This document shows positions 12,803 to 21,937 of a DNA stretch of 64,000 nucleotides, one piece after another. The position numbers and the translations under genes were made by a program. The notes under the pieces were generated by a model, which saw only the letters and a program-made list of their open reading frames with translations, made no database searches and had not been told where the DNA came from. The stretch lies in the sequence record PP400786; one strand, written 5' to 3'. Within the stretch, counting starts at the first letter, position 1, and each line of letters starts with the position of its first letter. This stretch comes from Escherichia phage FL12.

Positions 12803-12835
12803 TGTATAGTACCATAGTCCTTGTTGTATGTAAAC
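12803..12835 (-). promoter_or_regulatory. early promoter
   Basis: Minus strand GTTTACA, about 17 nt, TACTATAC; part of repeated hairpin-promoter cassette. Confidence 0.5.
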
Positions 12836-12859
12836 TGTTTTGTGAAAAAATTTTGAAAT

Positions 12860-12885
12860 AAAAAAGGGGACCTCTATGGTCCCCA
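12860..12885 (-). terminator. intrinsic terminator after gene 32
   Basis: Minus-strand hairpin GGGGACCAUAGAGGUCCCC followed by U6. Confidence 0.6.
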
Positions 12886-12906
12886 ATTAATTAGTAATAT
12901 AATCTA

Positions 12907-13815
12907 TTAAAGGTCATTCAAAAGGTCATCCAGGTCCGTGTCATCAGCACTAGATGAACTACCAGAGCTTGAGCTCATAAAATCATCTTCAGTTTTTGTA
13001 TTGAAGTCATCAACATTGAATGCATCCAAATCATCAGCAACTTTATCAGCTTTCTTAGCAGCAGTTGCTGCGGCACCACCCATCACAGCAGTTCCCATAA
13101 CTTGACTGAACTTAGTGCTCAGTTCTTCGAACGATTTGAATTTATCTTTAGAAGTCATTTCAGAAAGGTCAACCATTTGTTCGAACAGTTCTTTCTGGAA
13201 AGATTCGTCATCAATGTTTGGAATCGCAGATTGATTCAGGAATTTAGATTCGTCGTAGTTACTAAATCCGGAAACTTGTTTAACTTTCAGTACAAAGTTA
13301 GCACCTTCCCACGGACAAGTTACATCAACCGGAGTTTCACCCATTTCAACATCAACTGCAATCATCGCGTTGATTTTATCCCAGATTTTCTTACCGAAAC
13401 GGTATTTAAATACTTTACCTTCATTTTCTGGAGCAGCTGGGTCTTTTACAACAAGAATATTAGCCCAGTAAGAAGTTTTACGTTTAACAAGACTGTACTC
13501 TTTATTGTCAGTGTTGTACAGATCATTTTTACTGATGTATTGACATACTGGGCAAGAATCGTAATCACCGTGGGTAGATGAACATGTTTCAATATACCAT
13601 TTACCATTTTTCTTGAAACCGTGATTTACAAGAATTGCGAATGGTGCTTGTTCATCATTTTTAGACGGAAGAAAACGAATTACTGCTTGACCGTTACCCG
13701 CATTGTCGAGTTTCAGTTTCCACTCGCCTTTATCTTCAGAAGAAAAACCACCTTTATTTCCAGCCAGTTTAGCCATTTGTGCAGCGAGTTCAGCAGTAGA
13801 TTTACGTTTAAACAT
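12907..13815 (-). CDS. 32: single-stranded DNA-binding protein
   Basis: 302-aa ORF with Zn site ...[14 protein letters not shown]... and acidic Ser/Asp-rich C-terminus. Confidence 0.9.
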   Translation of the reverse strand: MFKRKSTAELAAQMAKLAGNKGGFSSEDKGEWKLKLDNAGNGQAVIRFLPSKNDEQAPFAILVNHGFKKNGKWYIETCSSTHGDYDSCPVCQYISKNDLYNTDNKEYSLVKRKTSYWANILVVKDPAAPENEGKVFKYRFGKKIWDKINAMIAVDVEMGETPVDVTCPWEGANFVLKVKQVSGFSNYDESKFLNQSAIPNIDDESFQKELFEQMVDLSEMTSKDKFKSFEELSTKFSQVMGTAVMGGAAATAAKKADKVADDLDAFNVDDFNTKTEDDFMSSSSGSSSSADDTDLDDLLNDL

Positions 13816-13898
13816 TTTTATTTCCTTTTTAATTTAATTAACAGTTGGTGCTATGACGATGTATGACCTCATAGCTGGTCAGTGAGATAATTATAATC
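13816..13898 (-). promoter_or_regulatory. gene 32 leader / autoregulatory operator
   Basis: AU-rich leader ...UUAAUUAAAUUAAAAAGGAAAUAAAAAUG before the start codon. Confidence 0.5.
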
Positions 13899-13906
13899 TA
13901 TTTATA
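13899..13906 (-). promoter_or_regulatory. late-promoter-like TATAAATA box
   Basis: Plus strand tatttata equals TATAAATA on minus strand, 84 nt upstream of gene 32 ATG. Confidence 0.35.
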
Positions 13907-13914
13907 ATAAGCAA

Positions 13915-14568
13915 TTAATACTTGCAAGATTTCACAGTTTCAATGAAAACATTTTTAGCTTTCTGTGAATCAATATTTAAAATTTTTCTATAAGCCTTTA
14001 ACTTTATAGAATAATTATTCCAGACTAAATTATCAGTCTGTTCATCGTGTTTATCAATTATATTTAAAAATGAATCAAGCAAGATAAACGTCTCAAACGA
14101 AATTATGTTCGATTGCAGAAGTTTAAAAATATAACTTGACTGAACTTTTGGATTATACTCAAAAATTTCTTTAAAAGCAGAAACTTCAACTTTTTTACTA
14201 AAATAATAAATGTTACGAATATCTTCTTCAAACTTAAATTTAATTTGCTTTAAGCGTCCGATATATTCACGATAAAACACAAGTGCATCAGCGTCAGAGA
14301 TGTCACCAATCCAAGCATCCTGGTTAGCAACCAGATTGCTTATAAAGATTAAAGCAAGTTCCTTTAATTTATATTTTTCTGATAACTTCTGGAAAAAATA
14401 CTTATCCCTTCGCTTTTGATAAGCGGCATCAGACACCCGCATGCACCAATTATACTTAATTACATCATACTTTCCATTCATATGTTGTTTTATCATTAAG
14501 TATAATTTATAAACTGATTTACCATCAATATATCTTTCACCACCAGCAGGCATGCGGAGTTTAATCAT
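13915..14568 (-). CDS. 59: helicase loader
   Basis: 217-aa ORF MIKLRMPAGGERYIDGKS...; T4 gene order 32-59-33. Confidence 0.9.
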   Translation of the reverse strand: MIKLRMPAGGERYIDGKSVYKLYLMIKQHMNGKYDVIKYNWCMRVSDAAYQKRRDKYFFQKLSEKYKLKELALIFISNLVANQDAWIGDISDADALVFYREYIGRLKQIKFKFEEDIRNIYYFSKKVEVSAFKEIFEYNPKVQSSYIFKLLQSNIISFETFILLDSFLNIIDKHDEQTDNLVWNNYSIKLKAYRKILNIDSQKAKNVFIETVKSCKY

Positions 14569-14903
14569 AGTAGAAAATCTAATGTATTAGTTTTTTCGCA
14601 ACGAACAACAGAAGGACGTAAAAGATTTTCATCAATAGCTTCTGACTGAATTTTTTCAATTATACCCGAAGGAATAAATTTAGCAAATTGAGTTTCAGGA
14701 ATAGAGTTTTCTTCCAAGAATGCTGTCGTAGCTTCAAGATAACTCATTCCAAACTCTTCTACCATTTTTTCAATAATAAATCCATTTTCTTGACGATCAA
14801 GAAGCTTTGCTATTTCATCCTTTTCTTTCTTAATTGAAAGTTCTTTTTCTGAAAGACCGGTCTCATCGACCGGACGAATATCATTTAGAGAAAACTGTGT
14901 CAT
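14565..14903 (-). CDS. 33: late transcription co-activator
   Basis: About 112 aa from internal Met of track ORF 14565..14912; position between 59 and dsbA. Confidence 0.75.
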   Translation of the reverse strand: MTQFSLNDIRPVDETGLSEKELSIKKEKDEIAKLLDRQENGFIIEKMVEEFGMSYLEATTAFLEENSIPETQFAKFIPSGIIEKIQSEAIDENLLRPSVVRCEKTNTLDFLL

Positions 14904-15150
14904 AAAGTTCAACTACCTCTTCAGTTTCAGCTTCAAACACATCACGGTTATCTTTATGATACAAAGCTAACAGACGATTAAACATCTTGCCATCAACACC
15001 AAGTTCATCTTTAGCACGAATTCGAATATCTTTAATCAATTCATTATAACCGGAAATTTTCAGTTTATGATCAGATGCTTCTTTAATAAATTTAGCCAAG
15101 TCTTCGCCGTGGATAGCTTCATCAAATTCAACCATTTCTTTTTTAGCCAT
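14881..15150 (-). CDS. dsbA: double-stranded DNA-binding protein
   Basis: 89-aa ORF MAKKEMVEFDEAIHG... Confidence 0.85.
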   Translation of the reverse strand: MAKKEMVEFDEAIHGEDLAKFIKEASDHKLKISGYNELIKDIRIRAKDELGVDGKMFNRLLALYHKDNRDVFEAETEEVVELYDTVFSK

Positions 15151-15158
15151 TATTCACC

Positions 15159-16076
15159 TCAAAATTCATTAATGCTATTAGTTAATTTAGAAAGACCCGC
15201 TTTTACAAAATATGAATAAATTTTGCCACGCGGTGGTAATTTATATGAATTATAGTAATTCACAATGTTTGAAGCAATATTATCAGGAATATAATCAAAA
15301 TCAATTAGAACTAGATTTTCTTTATAACGATTATATTCAGATTCTGTGAGAAGCACCTTAGCTTGCTCACGGTCATTAGCAATAGCTTCAACGATTGAAG
15401 TTTTCATTGAAGGAGTTCGTTCACCTTCAACTTTGGTAAACCAAAAGTCAGATCGTACTTTAACTGAAGCAACGTTATCCTTTTTGTCACCTTTAAGGAT
15501 TTTAGTCATACAGTCAATTTCAGCAGAACCGCTTTTAATTTTAACCCATTTCTTGTGCATCGGTGACCATTGCTTAACATTTGGATATTTGTGAAGCTGT
15601 GTAAAGTCACCATCCGACGAAATGATTAAAATCTTATGTCCTTCTAAAGAGAACTTTTTAACAAGAACAGCAATATGGTCATCTGCTTCATACTTATCAA
15701 TATCCATAACAATGTATGGCATATAAGCTTTCAATTCATCTATAACTTTATGGCTGGATTCAAAATAACCTTCCCAGTCCCAAGTAGATTCTTCTCGTGC
15801 TTTTCCACGGTTTTTCTTGTAATAATACGCAAAATCACGACGCCAGTATCCAGATTTCGCGTTATCAATACACAATACAATTTTAGTGTATCCAAGAGCT
15901 TTTGCTTTTTTGACATTAAACTTAATTGAGTTCAATATCAAATGACGAACCATTGATAAATTAATTTTTTCTTTATCTGGGAAGTTTACCAAAGCAGTTG
16001 AAAGCGCAATTTGACTAAAGTCAATTAAGCAGATTCCTTCTTTGTAATCTTCATCCAGCATCATTTCTAAATCCAT
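15159..16076 (-). CDS. rnh: RNase H (5'-3' exonuclease, FEN family)
   Basis: About 305 aa from MDLEMMLDED...; track ORF 15159..16091. Confidence 0.9.
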   Translation of the reverse strand: MDLEMMLDEDYKEGICLIDFSQIALSTALVNFPDKEKINLSMVRHLILNSIKFNVKKAKALGYTKIVLCIDNAKSGYWRRDFAYYYKKNRGKAREESTWDWEGYFESSHKVIDELKAYMPYIVMDIDKYEADDHIAVLVKKFSLEGHKILIISSDGDFTQLHKYPNVKQWSPMHKKWVKIKSGSAEIDCMTKILKGDKKDNVASVKVRSDFWFTKVEGERTPSMKTSIVEAIANDREQAKVLLTESEYNRYKENLVLIDFDYIPDNIASNIVNYYNSYKLPPRGKIYSYFVKAGLSKLTNSINEF

Positions 16077-16138
16077 ATGAACCTCGTTCAATTAGTGAGA
16101 TTTCTATTATATACCATCCGAATCTTAAAGTAAACAAG

Positions 16139-16146
16139 TATAAATA
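16139..16146 (+). promoter_or_regulatory. late promoter
   Basis: Exact TATAAATA about 35 nt upstream of gene 34 ATG. Confidence 0.7.
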
Positions 16147-16180
16147 CTTATTATTGAAAACACAATAGGAGCCCGGGAGA

Positions 16181-19100
16181 ATGGCCGAGATTAAAAGAAA
16201 GTTCAGAGCAGAAGATGGTCTGGACGCAGGTGGTGATAAAATAATCAACGTAGCTTTAGCTGATCGTACCGTAGGAACTGACGGTGTTAACGTTGATTAC
16301 CTAATTCAAGAAAACACAGTTCAACAATACGATCCAACTCGTGGATATTTAAAAGATTTTGTAATCATTTATGATAACCGCTTTTGGGCTGCTATAAATG
16401 ATATTCCAAAACCGGCAGGAGCTTTTAATAGCGGACGCTGGAGAGCATTACGTACCGATGCTAACTGGATTACAGTCTCATCTGGTTCATATCAATTAAA
16501 ATCAGGTGAAGCTATTTCGGTTAACACTGCAGCTGGTAATGGTATTACATTTACTTTACCATCTACTCCAATTGACGGTGATACTATCGTTCTCCAAGAC
16601 ATTGGAGGAAAACCTGGAGTTAATCAAGTTTTAATTGTAGCTCCAGTGCAAAGTATTGTAAACTTCAGAGGCGAGCAAGTACGTTCAGTACTAATGACTC
16701 ATCCAAAGTCACAGTTAGTTTTAATTTTTAGTAATCGTCTGTGGCAAATGTATGTAGCTGATTATAGTAGAGAAGCTGTAGTTGTAACACCAGCGAATAC
16801 TTATCAAGCGCAATCCAACGATTTTATCGTACGTAGATTTACTTCTGCTGCACCGATAAATATTAAACTTCCGAGATTTGCTAATCATGGCGATATTATT
16901 AATTTCGTTGATTTAGATAAACTGAATCCACTTTATCATACAATTGTTACTACATACGATGAAACGACTTCAGTACAAGAAGTTGGAACTCATTCCATTG
17001 AAGGCCGTACATCTATTGACGGTTTCTTGATGTATGATGATAATGAGAAATTGTGGAGATTGTTTGACGGGGATAGTAAAGCGCGTTTACGCATTATAAC
17101 GACTAATTCTAATATTCGTCCAAATGAAGAAGTTATGGTATTTGGTGCGAATAACGGAACAACTCAAACAATTGAGCTTAAGCTTCCAACTAATATTTCT
17201 GTTGGTGATACTGTTAAAATTTCCATGAATTACATGAGAAAAGGACAAACAGTTAAAATCAAAGCTGCTGATGAAGATAAAATTGCTTCTTCAGTTCAAT
17301 TGCTGCAATTCCCAAAACGCTCAGAATATCCGCCTGAAGCTGAGTGGGTTACAGTCCAAGAATTAGTTTTTAATGGTGAAACTAATTATGTTCCAGTTTT
17401 AGAGCTTGCTTATATAGAAGATTCTGATGGAAAATACTGGGTTGTACAGCAAAACGTTCCAACTGTAGAAAGAGTAGATTCTTTAAATGATTCTACTAGA
17501 GCAAGATTAGGCGTAATTGCTTTAGCTACACAAGCTCAAGCAAATGTCGATTTAGAAAATTCTCCACAAAAAGAATTAGCAATTACTCCAGAAACGTTAG
17601 CTAATCGCACTGCTACTGAAACTCGCAGAGGTATTGCAAGAATAGCAACTACTGCTCAAGTGAATCAGAACACCACATTCTCTTTTGCAGATGACCTTAT
17701 CATTACTCCTAAAAAGCTGAATGAAAGAACTGCTACAGAAACTCGTAGAGGTGTCGCAGAAATTGCTACGCAGCAAGAAACTAATACAGGTACTGATGAT
17801 ACTACAATCATTACTCCTAAAAAGCTTCAAGCTCGTCAAGGTTCTGAATCATTATCTGGTATTGTAACTTTTGTATCTACCGCAGGTGCTACTCCAGCTT
17901 CTAGCCGTGAATTAAATGGTACGAATGTTTATAATAAAAACACTAATAATTTAGTTGTTTCACCTAAAGCTTTGGATCAGTATAAAGCTACGCCTACTCA
18001 ACAGGGTGCAGTAATTTTAGCAGTTGAAAGTGAAGTAATTGCTGGACAAAGTCAGCAAGGATGGGCAAATGCTGTTGTAACGCCAGAAACGTTACATAAA
18101 AAGACATCAACTGATGGAAGAATTGGTTTAATTGAAATTGCTACGCAAAGTGAAGTTAATACAGGAACTGATTATACTCGTGCAGTCACTCCTAAAACTT
18201 TAAATGACCGTAGAGCAACTGAAAGTTTAAGTGGTATAGCTGAAATTGCTACACAAGTTGAATTCGACGCAGGCGTCGACGATACTCGTATCTCTACACC
18301 ATTAAAAATTAAAACCAGATTTAATAGTACTGATCGTACTTCTGTTGTTGCTCTATCTGGATTAGTTGAATCAGGAACTCTCTGGGACCATTATACACTT
18401 AATATTCTTGAAGCAAATGAGACACAGCGTGGTACACTTCGTGTGGCTACACAAGTTGAAGCTGCTGCAGGAACATTAGATAATGTTTTAATAACTCCTA
18501 AAAAGCTTTTAGGTACTAAATCTACCGAATCGCAAGAGGGTGTTATTAAAGTTGCAACTCAGTCTGAAGCTGTGGCTGGAACGTCAGCAAATACTGCTAT
18601 ATCTCCAAAAAATTTAAAATGGATTGTGCAGAGTGAACCTTCTTGGAGAGCAACTACTGCGGTAAGAGGGTTTGTTAAAACTTCATCTGGTTCAATTACA
18701 TTCGTTGGTAATGATACAGTCGGTTCTACCCAAGATTTAGAACTATATGAGAAAAATAGCTATGCAGTATCACCATATGAATTAAACCGTGTATTAGCAA
18801 ATTATTTGCCGTTAAAAGCAAAAGCTGCTGATACAAATTTATTGGATGGTCTAGATTCATCTCAGTTCATTCGTAGGGATATTGCACAGACGGTTAATGG
18901 TTCACTAACCTTAACCCAGCAAACGAATCTGAGTGCCCCTCTTGTATCATCTAGTACTGCTACGTTTGGTGGATCAGTTTCGGCAAATAGTACATTAACT
19001 ATTTCTAATACTGGAACGGCAACTCGTCTGATTTTTGAGAAAGGACCTCAAACTGGAACTAACCCAGCACAGACGATGACTATCAGAGTTTGGGGAAATC

Positions 19101-20053
19101 AGTTTGGCGGCGGTTCAGATACAACACGTTCTACTGTATTTGAAGTTGGTGATGAAACATCTAATCACTTTTATTCTCAACGTAATACAGCTGGAAAGAT
19201 ATTGTTTAATATCAATGGTACTGTAATGCCGATAGATGTAAATGCTTCTGGTTCATTGAATGCGAATGGCGTTGCAACATTTGGTAATTCAGTTACTGCT
19301 AATGGAGAATTTACCAGTAAATCAGCAAATGCTTTTAGAGCAATAAATGGAAATTACGGATTCTTTATTCGTAATGCTGGTAATGACACCTATTTTATGC
19401 TCACTGCAGCCGGTGATCAGTTTGGTGGATTTAATGGATTACGTCCATTATCAATTAATAATCAATCCGGTCAAGTTACAATTGGTGAAGGGCTTATCAT
19501 TAGTAAAGGTGGAGCAACAATTAACAGCGGTGGTTTAACTGTTAACTCGAGAATTCGCTCTCAGGGTACTAAAACATCTGATTTATATACCCGTGCGCCA
19601 ACATCTGATACGGTAGGATTCTGGTCAATTGATATTAACGATTCAGCCACTTATAACCAGTTCCCGGGTTATTTTAAAATGGTTGAAAAAACTAATGAAG
19701 TGACTGGGCTTCCATACTTAGAACGTGGCGAAGAAGTTAAATCTCCTGGTACACTGACTCAGTTTGGTAACACACTTGATTCGCTTTACCAAGATTGGAT
19801 TACTTATCCAACTACCCCAGAAGCACGCACCACTCGCTGGACACGTACATGGCAGAAAACCAAAAATTCTTGGTCGAGTTTTGTTCAGGTATTTGATGGA
19901 GGTAACCCTCCTCAGCCGTCTGATATCGGTGCTTTGCCATCTGATAATGCTACAATGGGGAATCTTACTATTCGTGATTTCTTACGAATTGGTAATGTTC
20001 GCATTATTCCTGACCCAGTGAATAAATCTGTTAAATTTGAATGGATTGAATAA
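16181..20053 (+). CDS. 34: long tail fibre proximal subunit
   Basis: 1290-aa ORF MAEIKRKFRAEDGLDAGGDKIINVALADR...; internal ...ITP(E/K)(T/K)L..R.ATE... repeats. Confidence 0.9.
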   Translation: MAEIKRKFRAEDGLDAGGDKIINVALADRTVGTDGVNVDYLIQENTVQQYDPTRGYLKDFVIIYDNRFWAAINDIPKPAGAFNSGRWRALRTDANWITVSSGSYQLKSGEAISVNTAAGNGITFTLPSTPIDGDTIVLQDIGGKPGVNQVLIVAPVQSIVNFRGEQVRSVLMTHPKSQLVLIFSNRLWQMYVADYSREAVVVTPANTYQAQSNDFIVRRFTSAAPINIKLPRFANHGDIINFVDLDKLNPLYHTIVTTYDETTSVQEVGTHSIEGRTSIDGFLMYDDNEKLWRLFDGDSKARLRIITTNSNIRPNEEVMVFGANNGTTQTIELKLPTNISVGDTVKISMNYMRKGQTVKIKAADEDKIASSVQLLQFPKRSEYPPEAEWVTVQELVFNGETNYVPVLELAYIEDSDGKYWVVQQNVPTVERVDSLNDSTRARLGVIALATQAQANVDLENSPQKELAITPETLANRTATETRRGIARIATTAQVNQNTTFSFADDLIITPKKLNERTATETRRGVAEIATQQETNTGTDDTTIITPKKLQARQGSESLSGIVTFVSTAGATPASSRELNGTNVYNKNTNNLVVSPKALDQYKATPTQQGAVILAVESEVIAGQSQQGWANAVVTPETLHKKTSTDGRIGLIEIATQSEVNTGTDYTRAVTPKTLNDRRATESLSGIAEIATQVEFDAGVDDTRISTPLKIKTRFNSTDRTSVVALSGLVESGTLWDHYTLNILEANETQRGTLRVATQVEAAAGTLDNVLITPKKLLGTKSTESQEGVIKVATQSEAVAGTSANTAISPKNLKWIVQSEPSWRATTAVRGFVKTSSGSITFVGNDTVGSTQDLELYEKNSYAVSPYELNRVLANYLPLKAKAADTNLLDGLDSSQFIRRDIAQTVNGSLTLTQQTNLSAPLVSSSTATFGGSVSANSTLTISNTGTATRLIFEKGPQTGTNPAQTMTIRVWGNQFGGGSDTTRSTVFEVGDETSNHFYSQRNTAGKILFNINGTVMPIDVNASGSLNANGVATFGNSVTANGEFTSKSANAFRAINGNYGFFIRNAGNDTYFMLTAAGDQFGGFNGLRPLSINNQSGQVTIGEGLIISKGGATINSGGLTVNSRIRSQGTKTSDLYTRAPTSDTVGFWSIDINDSATYNQFPGYFKMVEKTNEVTGLPYLERGEEVKSPGTLTQFGNTLDSLYQDWITYPTTPEARTTRWTRTWQKTKNSWSSFVQVFDGGNPPQPSDIGALPSDNATMGNLTIRDFLRIGNVRIIPDPVNKSVKFEWIE

Positions 20054-20061
20054 GAGGTATT

Positions 20062-21177
20062 ATGGAAAAATTTATGGCAGAGTTTGGACAAGGATATGTC
20101 CAAACGCCATTTTTATCGGAAAGTAATTCAGTAAGATACAAAATAAGTATAGCGGGTTCTTGCCCGCTTTCTACTGCAGGACCATACGTTAAATTTCAGG
20201 ATAATCCTGTTGGAAGTCAAACATTTAGCGCAGGTCTTCATCTAAGAGTTTTTGACCCTTCCACCGGAGCATTAGTTGATAGTAAGTCATATGCTTTTTC
20301 TACTTCAAATGATACTACATCAGCTGCTTTTGTTAGTTTCATGAATTCTTTGGCGAATAATAGACTTGTTGCTATATTAACTAGCGGAAAGGTTAATTTT
20401 CCTCCTGAAGTAGTATCTTGGTTAAGAACCGCAGGAACGTCTGCTTTTCCATCTGATTCTTTATTGTCAAGATTTGACGTATCATATGCTGCCTTTTATA
20501 CTTCTTCTAAAAGAGCTATTGCATTAGAACATGTTAAACTAAGTAATAGAAAAAGCACAGATGATTATCAAACTATTTTAGATGTTGTATTTGACAGTTT
20601 AGAGGACGTTGGAGCCACAGGATTTCCTAAAAGAACATACGAAAGCGTTGAGCAATTTATGTCGGCGGTTGGAGGAACTAATAACGAAATTGCACGTCTA
20701 CCAACTTCAGCTGCCATAAGTAAATTATCTGACTATAATTTAATTCCTGGCGATGTTCTTTATCTCAAAGCACAGTTATATGCTGATGCCGATTTACTTG
20801 CGCTTGGAACTACAAATATATCTATCCGTTTTTATAACTCATCGAATGGATATATTTCCTCGACACAAGCTGAGTTTACCGGGCAAGCTGGTTCTTGGGA
20901 ATTAAAAGAAGATTATGTGGTTGTTCCAGAAAACGCTGTCGGATTTACGATATATGCACAGAGAACTGCGCAAGCTGGTCAAGGTGGCATGAGAAATTTA
21001 AGCTTTTCTGAAGTGTCAAGAAATGGCGGTATTTCAAAACCCGCTGAATTTGGCGTCAATGGTATTCGTGTTAATTATATCTGTGAATCCGCTTCACCTC
21101 CGGATATAATGGTACTTCCTACACAAGCATCGTCTAAAACTGGTAAAGTGTTTGGGCAAGAATTTAGAGAAGTTTAA
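20062..21177 (+). CDS. 35: long tail fibre hinge protein
   Basis: 371-aa ORF directly after gene 34. Confidence 0.85.
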   Translation: MEKFMAEFGQGYVQTPFLSESNSVRYKISIAGSCPLSTAGPYVKFQDNPVGSQTFSAGLHLRVFDPSTGALVDSKSYAFSTSNDTTSAAFVSFMNSLANNRLVAILTSGKVNFPPEVVSWLRTAGTSAFPSDSLLSRFDVSYAAFYTSSKRAIALEHVKLSNRKSTDDYQTILDVVFDSLEDVGATGFPKRTYESVEQFMSAVGGTNNEIARLPTSAAISKLSDYNLIPGDVLYLKAQLYADADLLALGTTNISIRFYNSSNGYISSTQAEFTGQAGSWELKEDYVVVPENAVGFTIYAQRTAQAGQGGMRNLSFSEVSRNGGISKPAEFGVNGIRVNYICESASPPDIMVLPTQASSKTGKVFGQEFREV

Positions 21178-21182
21178 ATTGA

Positions 21183-21207
21183 GGGAGCCTTCGGGTTCCC
21201 TTTTTCT
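21183..21207 (+). terminator. intrinsic terminator after gene 35
   Basis: Hairpin GGGAGCC-UUCG-GGUUCCC followed by U5. Confidence 0.6.
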
Positions 21208-21208
21208 T

Positions 21209-21216
21209 TATAAATA
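21209..21216 (+). promoter_or_regulatory. late promoter
   Basis: Exact TATAAATA 24 nt upstream of gene 36 ATG. Confidence 0.7.
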
Positions 21217-21239
21217 CTATTAAAATAAAGGGGCATACA

Positions 21240-21929
21240 ATGGCTGATTTAAAAGTAGGTTCAACAACTGGAGGCTCTGTCATTTGGCATCAAGGAAATT
21301 TTCCATTGAATCCAGCCGGTGACGATGTACTCTATAAATCATTTAAAATATATTCAGAATATAACAAACCACAAGCTGCTGATAACGATTTCGTTTCTAA
21401 AGCTAATGGTGGCACAGATTCTCAAGGTTTCCAAAAAGAAGTAGAATTTAAAAAAGGTGTTAAGATTTCTGCAACGTTTCCTGGCGGTTCAAACCTGAAT
21501 GGGTTATATTCTGGCAATGGAGATGGAGCTTCCAGAGAAAAAGCTAACATGGATTTACGTTCATGGTACGGCATTGGTATTTGGAACTCATGCACAGGTG
21601 ATGGGTTCCAGGGACGCACAATCTGGTTTAATGTCAGGCGTGGTACAGTTGAAACACTTGGCGATATTGTTTCGGGCCGGCAAGTTATTTCTAATGCTTC
21701 AGGACCGACCGGCCCAGCACACTTAACTCGCAAAGATTATGTTGATGGAGCAATAAATAATGTTACAGCAAATGCGAACTCTAGAGTGTTGCGTTCTGGT
21801 GACACTATGACAGGTAATTTAACGGCGCCAAACTTTTTCTCGCAGAATCCCGCATCTCAACCTTCACATGTTCCACGATTTGACCAAATCGTAATTAAGG
21901 ATTCTGTTCAAGATTTCGGCTATTATTAA
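21240..21929 (+). CDS. 36: long tail fibre distal connector
   Basis: 229-aa ORF between 35 and 37. Confidence 0.8.
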   Translation: MADLKVGSTTGGSVIWHQGNFPLNPAGDDVLYKSFKIYSEYNKPQAADNDFVSKANGGTDSQGFQKEVEFKKGVKISATFPGGSNLNGLYSGNGDGASREKANMDLRSWYGIGIWNSCTGDGFQGRTIWFNVRRGTVETLGDIVSGRQVISNASGPTGPAHLTRKDYVDGAINNVTANANSRVLRSGDTMTGNLTAPNFFSQNPASQPSHVPRFDQIVIKDSVQDFGYY

Positions 21930-21937
21930 GAGGACTT

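Noticed and set aside
13102-13581. 159-aa plus-strand ORF inside gene 32
   Set aside because: Fully antisense to a strongly supported gene, low-complexity translation, no ribosome binding site; judged spurious. The same applies to other antisense track ORFs such as 1184..1495, 5916..6170, 8451..8693, 15346..15594, 17597..17839, 39943..40233, 57865..58059 and 63519..63806.
16051-16248. 65-aa minus-strand ORF spanning the rnh start and gene 34 start
   Set aside because: Overlaps the late promoter and both well-supported genes; no independent support.
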